32,000 nucleotides of DNA from an uncultured bacterium (GTDB lineage: Bacteria > Patescibacteriota > Gracilibacteria > UBA1369 > PNNO01): positions 930,001 through 962,000 of the forward strand of contig OY969931.1 in the NCBI GenBank assembly GCA_963704705.1, in the 5' to 3' direction. Below, piece by piece: positions 27,527-32,000 of the stretch. Position 1 is the stretch's first letter. Each line of letters begins with the position of its first letter. The translations under genes were made by a program, and so were the position numbers. The notes below the pieces were generated by a model. The model made no database searches. It saw only the letters and a list, made by a program, of their open reading frames with translations, and was not told the DNA's origin.

Positions 27527-28630
27527 TTATTTACCTGAAAGCACACCTGCATATTCCATTTCATAAATATGAAGAAATGCAATTAGTAAATTTAATATTA
27601 TAGGTCCGTAAATAATTCCTTTTGGGCCAAATGCAAATACACCACCAAGAACTGATAGAAAAGTAAGTAACGGATGTACCGGAGCACGGCCTTCTATTAA
27701 ATATGGTCTAACAAAATTATCAACAGTAGCTACTATTAATGATCCCCATAAGAGTAATCCAATCCCGCCTACCCAGTTTCCTGTTGCCATTAATATTAAA
27801 GATGCAGGTAACCATATTATTCCTGTTCCAAATAATGGAACCAATGAAAAAACAGCAGTAACTACAGCCCAAAATATTGGATTAGGTAAGCCAACAATTG
27901 CATAACCTATTCCTGCCAAAGTACCCTGAATAATCGCAGTAAAAAAGATACCAAATATCATTGCCAAGCTTACTTCTTTAAATTTTTTGAGTACTGCCTT
28001 ACCATGCTTTAGTGGCAATGGAATCAATGAAGTAATTTTTTTATTAATTAATTCACCATCTTTATAAAAATAATAAAGTGCGAAAAAGAAAATAATTAAT
28101 CCCAATACAAAATCAAATATGTTTCCGAGAATTCCAACAATAAAATCTTTAAGATTTTGCCCCCATTCTGCAACAGTCTGGCTTATCTTACCTATTAAAT
28201 CTAAATTGAGATTCTGTAAACCGAAATCCTGGAAATTTGGAATTAAATTCTGAAGAGAATCAAATAAAAAATAACCTGGTTGCCACTTAATGTAATCATC
28301 AAATGTGCCGGCAGCAAATTGCGCTGAAATATGTTCCAAAGCGTTTATAACCTCAAATATCAATAAAGTAATTATAAGTGCCAATGGTAAAGCTATAATT
28401 AATAACGTAAAAACACATGTAATGAATGATGCTACCCTGGAATGTCCACCAAGTCCTTTATTCAAGACTTTATAAACCGGGAAAAATATAGTCGCAAATA
28501 TCGCTGCGAAAATAAGACTTGTTAAAAAGAAACTATACATCACATAGATGTAATAAAAGAGAATTACTAAAACAAGTAACAGAAAATATCCCGCGAAATT
28601 TGGAACTGTAAGATTTACTTTTTTAATCAA
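27527..28630 (-). CDS. AI-2E family transporter (UPF0118-like permease)
   Basis: 367-aa polytopic ORF; LVPLFGTGIIWLPASLILMATGNWVGGIGLLLWG...VDNFVRPYLIEGRAPVHPLLTFLSVLGGVFAFGPKGIIYGPIIL. Confidence 0.92.
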   Translation of the reverse strand: MIKKVNLTVPNFAGYFLLLVLVILFYYIYVMYSFFLTSLIFAAIFATIFFPVYKVLNKGLGGHSRVASFITCVFTLLIIALPLALIITLLIFEVINALEHISAQFAAGTFDDYIKWQPGYFLFDSLQNLIPNFQDFGLQNLNLDLIGKISQTVAEWGQNLKDFIVGILGNIFDFVLGLIIFFFALYYFYKDGELINKKITSLIPLPLKHGKAVLKKFKEVSLAMIFGIFFTAIIQGTLAGIGYAIVGLPNPIFWAVVTAVFSLVPLFGTGIIWLPASLILMATGNWVGGIGLLLWGSLIVATVDNFVRPYLIEGRAPVHPLLTFLSVLGGVFAFGPKGIIYGPIILNLLIAFLHIYEMEYAGVLSGK

Positions 28631-28777
28631 GGTAATTTTTGTTATATCTATTATATTTATAACAAAATTTCACTTACAAATAAACTGTTTTTCTTTGTCA
28701 TTAAAATATCATACATATATACTTAAAACATGATTAATTTATTGTATAATTAATTTTGTAAATATATAAACAAATCC

Positions 28778-29455
28778 ATGGATATATTAATTATTGAAGA
28801 TGACATTCAATTGGCGGAACATCTCGCTTCCGAATTGAAAAAATACGGGCATAATGCAACAATTGCTAATTCGGTAAAAGAAGCTATAAGCAAAGATTTA
28901 GCAAATTCTCATGACATAGTTATTTTAGATCTGCTGCTAAAAGATGAGCATGGTGCGGACTTTGTTCAATATATAAATAAAGAAAATATTAAAATTCCGA
29001 TTATTGTTTTAAGTTCATTAGCAAACACAAATAATAAAATCGAATTATTAAGGGCAGGAGTCGACGACTATATGACTAAACCATTTGATATAAATGAACT
29101 TTTAGCTCGCCTTGAAACCGTGCATAAACGATATTTGGAAATTTCACATAATAAAAAAGTTCGATACGATGGCGTAACCTTTATTTGGGATGAGAATAAA
29201 GTTATTAGAGAAGGAAAAGAAATTTATTTAACTAATAAAGAAAGTAAACTATTAAGATACCTAGTTTTAAATCATGGTAAGGTTGTTAAATCCGAGGATA
29301 TTATTAAACATGTATGGAATGTCGGGCCAGGTTATCATTCAAATATTCTTCAGTCATTGATTAGACATATAAGAAAAAGATTAGACGAAGGTTTTGATTA
29401 TCAACTTATTAAAAATATTCATGGGGTTGGTTATATGATCGAATTTCCAAAATAA
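28778..29455 (+). CDS. Two-component response regulator, OmpR/PhoB type (receiver + winged helix)
   Basis: MDILIIEDDIQLAEHL...HDIVILDLLLKDEHGADF...GVDDYMTKPFDINELLARLE; C-terminal LTNKESKLLRYLVLNHGKVVKSEDIIKHVW...NIHGVGYMIEF. Confidence 0.95.
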   Translation: MDILIIEDDIQLAEHLASELKKYGHNATIANSVKEAISKDLANSHDIVILDLLLKDEHGADFVQYINKENIKIPIIVLSSLANTNNKIELLRAGVDDYMTKPFDINELLARLETVHKRYLEISHNKKVRYDGVTFIWDENKVIREGKEIYLTNKESKLLRYLVLNHGKVVKSEDIIKHVWNVGPGYHSNILQSLIRHIRKRLDEGFDYQLIKNIHGVGYMIEFPK

Positions 29456-29526
29456 AATGTCACTGTTATTTCATTAATGTTTTCTTATTTTGATGTAAAA
29501 TTTTTGACATATATAAATATAATATT

Positions 29527-30759
29527 ATGCGCTCAAATATTAACGAAGGCTATTCAAGTGCCTCGGGTGTTATGGCTGAAACAGATGCAGACTCTGAAAG
29601 TAGAACTTTTAGAAGAATACGGCATGGAACAACAATTGTTAAATTAGAGAAAATTAAAAAGGATAAAGAAGATGGTATTCAAATTGAGATACCCGCAGCA
29701 TTTACTGATGCAACAATCGAAGTATTACTGAATAGTTCTGATGCAATGTTAATAGTTGCTGATTTATCAAGTCAGGAAATATTGGCTTGCAATGAGGCTG
29801 TTGAAAGAAAAACAAATTGTCATTTTTCCAAATTAAATTTTTTATCTGCACTATTTAGTCATGAAACTATACAAAATCTTACAAGTGGATCTTCGCACTT
29901 GAAAAATCAAACATTAGAAGGAGGTAAAGGTCTGGTAAATATGGAGGTAACTCCAATTCATTGGTCCGGGAAAACCCTTTTCTTAATAAAAATAAAAGAA
30001 CAAGATGAAACAATTAGCCTTAAGGAACATAAAGAAACTTTAAGAACAATTGAAAATATAACCGGAGGAATTGGTCACGATTTGAAAAATGTTCTTGGGA
30101 TATTACTTGGTAATCTTTCATTGCTTGAATGTGATAGTATTGGAGAAACCAGAGAGATGTACCAATCAATGATTGGGTCAACAATGCGAGGTATTAAATT
30201 ATTAAACAGATTTATTAGATATACTTCCTCAAATAAATTAAAGTTAACAAGAATCGATTTATTTCCATTAGTTAAGGATATATCAGCTGAATATAGTTAT
30301 TGGAAGGCTGCTCAAAACATTAAATTAAAGCTCGTTATGGAAGCATCAGAATTTGAATGCGATGTTGACAAAGTTGCTATAAGTCAGGTTATTCAAAATT
30401 TACTTCAAAATGCCAAAGATGCCATGCCTTCAGGTGGAACAATTACAATCAGGCTTGGTGGTATTCAAAGTGCAAGTTTTGATATAGATGGGAACACAAT
30501 TAGTACTCCTGAACAATATATGTGTATAAGTATTGAAGACGAAGGTGTGGGTATAGAAGAAGCAAACCGGTCTAAAATATTTCAACCAGAATTTACAACC
30601 AAATATCATACCGAAGCTAATTTTGGTTTGGGTTTAGCGGTTGTTAAAAAAATTGTTGAAAATCATAATGGACACATAATTTTAGAAAGTAAAACCGGTC
30701 CGGATTCATTTACAAAATTTCAAATTTTGCTTCCAAAACCGACAGATTCCCGACAATAG
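29527..30759 (+). CDS. PAS-domain sensor histidine kinase (NtrB-like)
   Basis: H-box TGGIGHDLKNVLGILLGNLSLLE; N-box QVIQNLLQNAKDAMPSGGTI; G-boxes EDEGVGIEEANRSKIFQPEFTTK and FGLGLAVVKKIVENHNGHI. Confidence 0.93.
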   Translation: MRSNINEGYSSASGVMAETDADSESRTFRRIRHGTTIVKLEKIKKDKEDGIQIEIPAAFTDATIEVLLNSSDAMLIVADLSSQEILACNEAVERKTNCHFSKLNFLSALFSHETIQNLTSGSSHLKNQTLEGGKGLVNMEVTPIHWSGKTLFLIKIKEQDETISLKEHKETLRTIENITGGIGHDLKNVLGILLGNLSLLECDSIGETREMYQSMIGSTMRGIKLLNRFIRYTSSNKLKLTRIDLFPLVKDISAEYSYWKAAQNIKLKLVMEASEFECDVDKVAISQVIQNLLQNAKDAMPSGGTITIRLGGIQSASFDIDGNTISTPEQYMCISIEDEGVGIEEANRSKIFQPEFTTKYHTEANFGLGLAVVKKIVENHNGHIILESKTGPDSFTKFQILLPKPTDSRQ

Positions 30760-30798
30760 ATGCTTTACTTTAGTTATATAAATTAAAGTATCTACGTT

Positions 30799-32000
30799 AT
30801 GGTTGAATTATCTAGTGAATCGGATTTACAGGTATCCAATGATCTCGATGTTTCCTTCAGGGAAATATTTGATTTAGAACATACGTCAAGGGAACTCCGG
30901 CAGGCAGTAATGGATGTTTTAACTGAATATCCTGAATACGGTTTTTATTTTTTTAATCAGGGAGCATTCAAGCAAAAAATCAGCTTTCTAAAAGAGCAAT
31001 TTCTTCCAGACACTGAAGCTGCCAAAGTTGCTTATGCTGTAAAAGCCAATCCCAGAACACGTATATTACAATTATTACAGGAATACGGTATTGATACTTT
31101 TGATTGTGCATCCCCTGGTGAAATAGAAAGTGTTTTAAGAGTAAATCCTAACGCAAAAATTCTTTATAATAATCCCAGAAAATTAAAAAGAGAAATAAAA
31201 GCAGCATCCAGAATGGGGGTAAGACATTACACTGCACATAATCAAAGGGGCGTTGATAAAATTTTAGAAAACGTAATTCCATACGATAGCGAATCCCCTA
31301 TTGAAATAGCTGTTAGAATGCAAACACTTAATGAGAATGCCGAAATTAATCTTTCTACTAAATTTGGTACAACACCTGATGAAGTAAGAAGAATAGTTCA
31401 ATATCTCGTATTTGAAGCTCAGGTTATTCCGGGAATTGCTGTAAATGCCGGTTCACAAAATAAAAATCCGGAAATATACAGAAAAATTATTTTACAAATT
31501 GCAGAAATAATTAAAGATATTCGGGAATTGTTAATCATTAATTTAGGTGGAGGATTTCCTGTAAATTATCATGAAAAAGATCAATTCGATTTGAGAAATT
31601 ATTTCAAAGTTATAAATCAGGTTACTCATGAAGTACTCCATAGTGTTATTAGTGATGAAAATGCTCAAATTATTATTGAACCAGGGAGATCTGTTATTGC
31701 TGATTCTGTTGATTTATTTGTTCCTGTAATAGAACGTGAAACTCGAGAAGGAAGGCCTTGTATTACTATAGCTGATGGAATATTTACTTCATTTAGTGAT
31801 TATGCAATACACGGATGGAAATATCCTTTCAGGCCGTTCTCAATAGAAGAAAAAACATTTACAGATAATAAAACCAATTTTACTGTATTTGGACAAACCT
31901 GCGATTCCGGAGACAAAATAAATTCTGTTGAATTACCAAATAATATAGATGAAGGTGATTATTTATGGGTACCAGGTGCTGGTGCATATTTAGATTCGCA
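30799..32000 (+). CDS. PLP-dependent ornithine/lysine decarboxylase-like (alanine racemase-fold) enzyme, partial at the right edge
   Basis: ATG at 30799; VAYAVKANPRTRILQLLQEYGIDTFDCASPGEI, STKFGT, LIINLGGGFPVNY, IIIEPGRSVIAD, FGQTCDSGDKI, GAGAYLDS. Confidence 0.88.
   Translation, partial: MVELSSESDLQVSNDLDVSFREIFDLEHTSRELRQAVMDVLTEYPEYGFYFFNQGAFKQKISFLKEQFLPDTEAAKVAYAVKANPRTRILQLLQEYGIDTFDCASPGEIESVLRVNPNAKILYNNPRKLKREIKAASRMGVRHYTAHNQRGVDKILENVIPYDSESPIEIAVRMQTLNENAEINLSTKFGTTPDEVRRIVQYLVFEAQVIPGIAVNAGSQNKNPEIYRKIILQIAEIIKDIRELLIINLGGGFPVNYHEKDQFDLRNYFKVINQVTHEVLHSVISDENAQIIIEPGRSVIADSVDLFVPVIERETREGRPCITIADGIFTSFSDYAIHGWKYPFRPFSIEEKTFTDNKTNFTVFGQTCDSGDKINSVELPNNIDEGDYLWVPGAGAYLDS

Noticed and set aside
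29504-29523. TTGACA (29504-29509) and TATAAT (29518-29523) just before the histidine kinase start
   Set aside because: Spacer is only 8 nt, too short for a sigma70 promoter, and the -10-like sequence abuts the start codon.

Overview
This is an AT-rich bacterial chromosomal window with mostly housekeeping genes. Its style resembles Candidate Phyla Radiation/Patescibacteria, but that placement is inference. From left to right it contains: a partial RelA/SpoT-family gene (-), a proline/glutamate-rich single-TM protein (-), a Yip1-like membrane protein (-), hppA (+), a small unknown protein (+), and a tRNA gene whose anticodon loop carries an extra 24 nt (+). Then come a structured non-coding segment, a DUF3048/YerB-like protein (-), bL25 (-), YbaB/EbfC (+), mltG (+), a FecR-domain protein (-), dnaA (-), rseP (-), frr (-), pyrH (-), a small tail-anchored protein (-), and groEL and groES (-) behind a CIRCE element. 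The last part holds a conserved-looking unknown (-), an SH3b+SLH surface protein (-), rny (-), a divergent Ser/Thr-kinase-like protein (-), a lamin-tail-domain protein (+), a DsbA-like protein (+), a P-type-ATPase-like protein without the catalytic Asp (+), a small ferredoxin with a Cys-to-Ser ligand change (-), an AI-2E family permease (-), an OmpR-type response regulator (+), a PAS/histidine kinase (+), and a partial ornithine decarboxylase-like gene (+). I found no CRISPR array, transposase, phage module or obvious defence island. The most noteworthy observations are: (1) the otherwise perfect cloverleaf tRNA with a 31-nt anticodon loop that can fold into a bulge-helix-bulge-like shape; (2) an adjacent ~105-nt compound hairpin with no known identity; (3) an intact P-type ATPase-like ORF in which DKTGT is replaced by KKRKV; and (4) several other active-site deviations (RelA HD site, ferredoxin, ODC-like His to Asn, DnaA box-recognition motif, kinase DFG). 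All are sequence-level predictions that need comparative checks.
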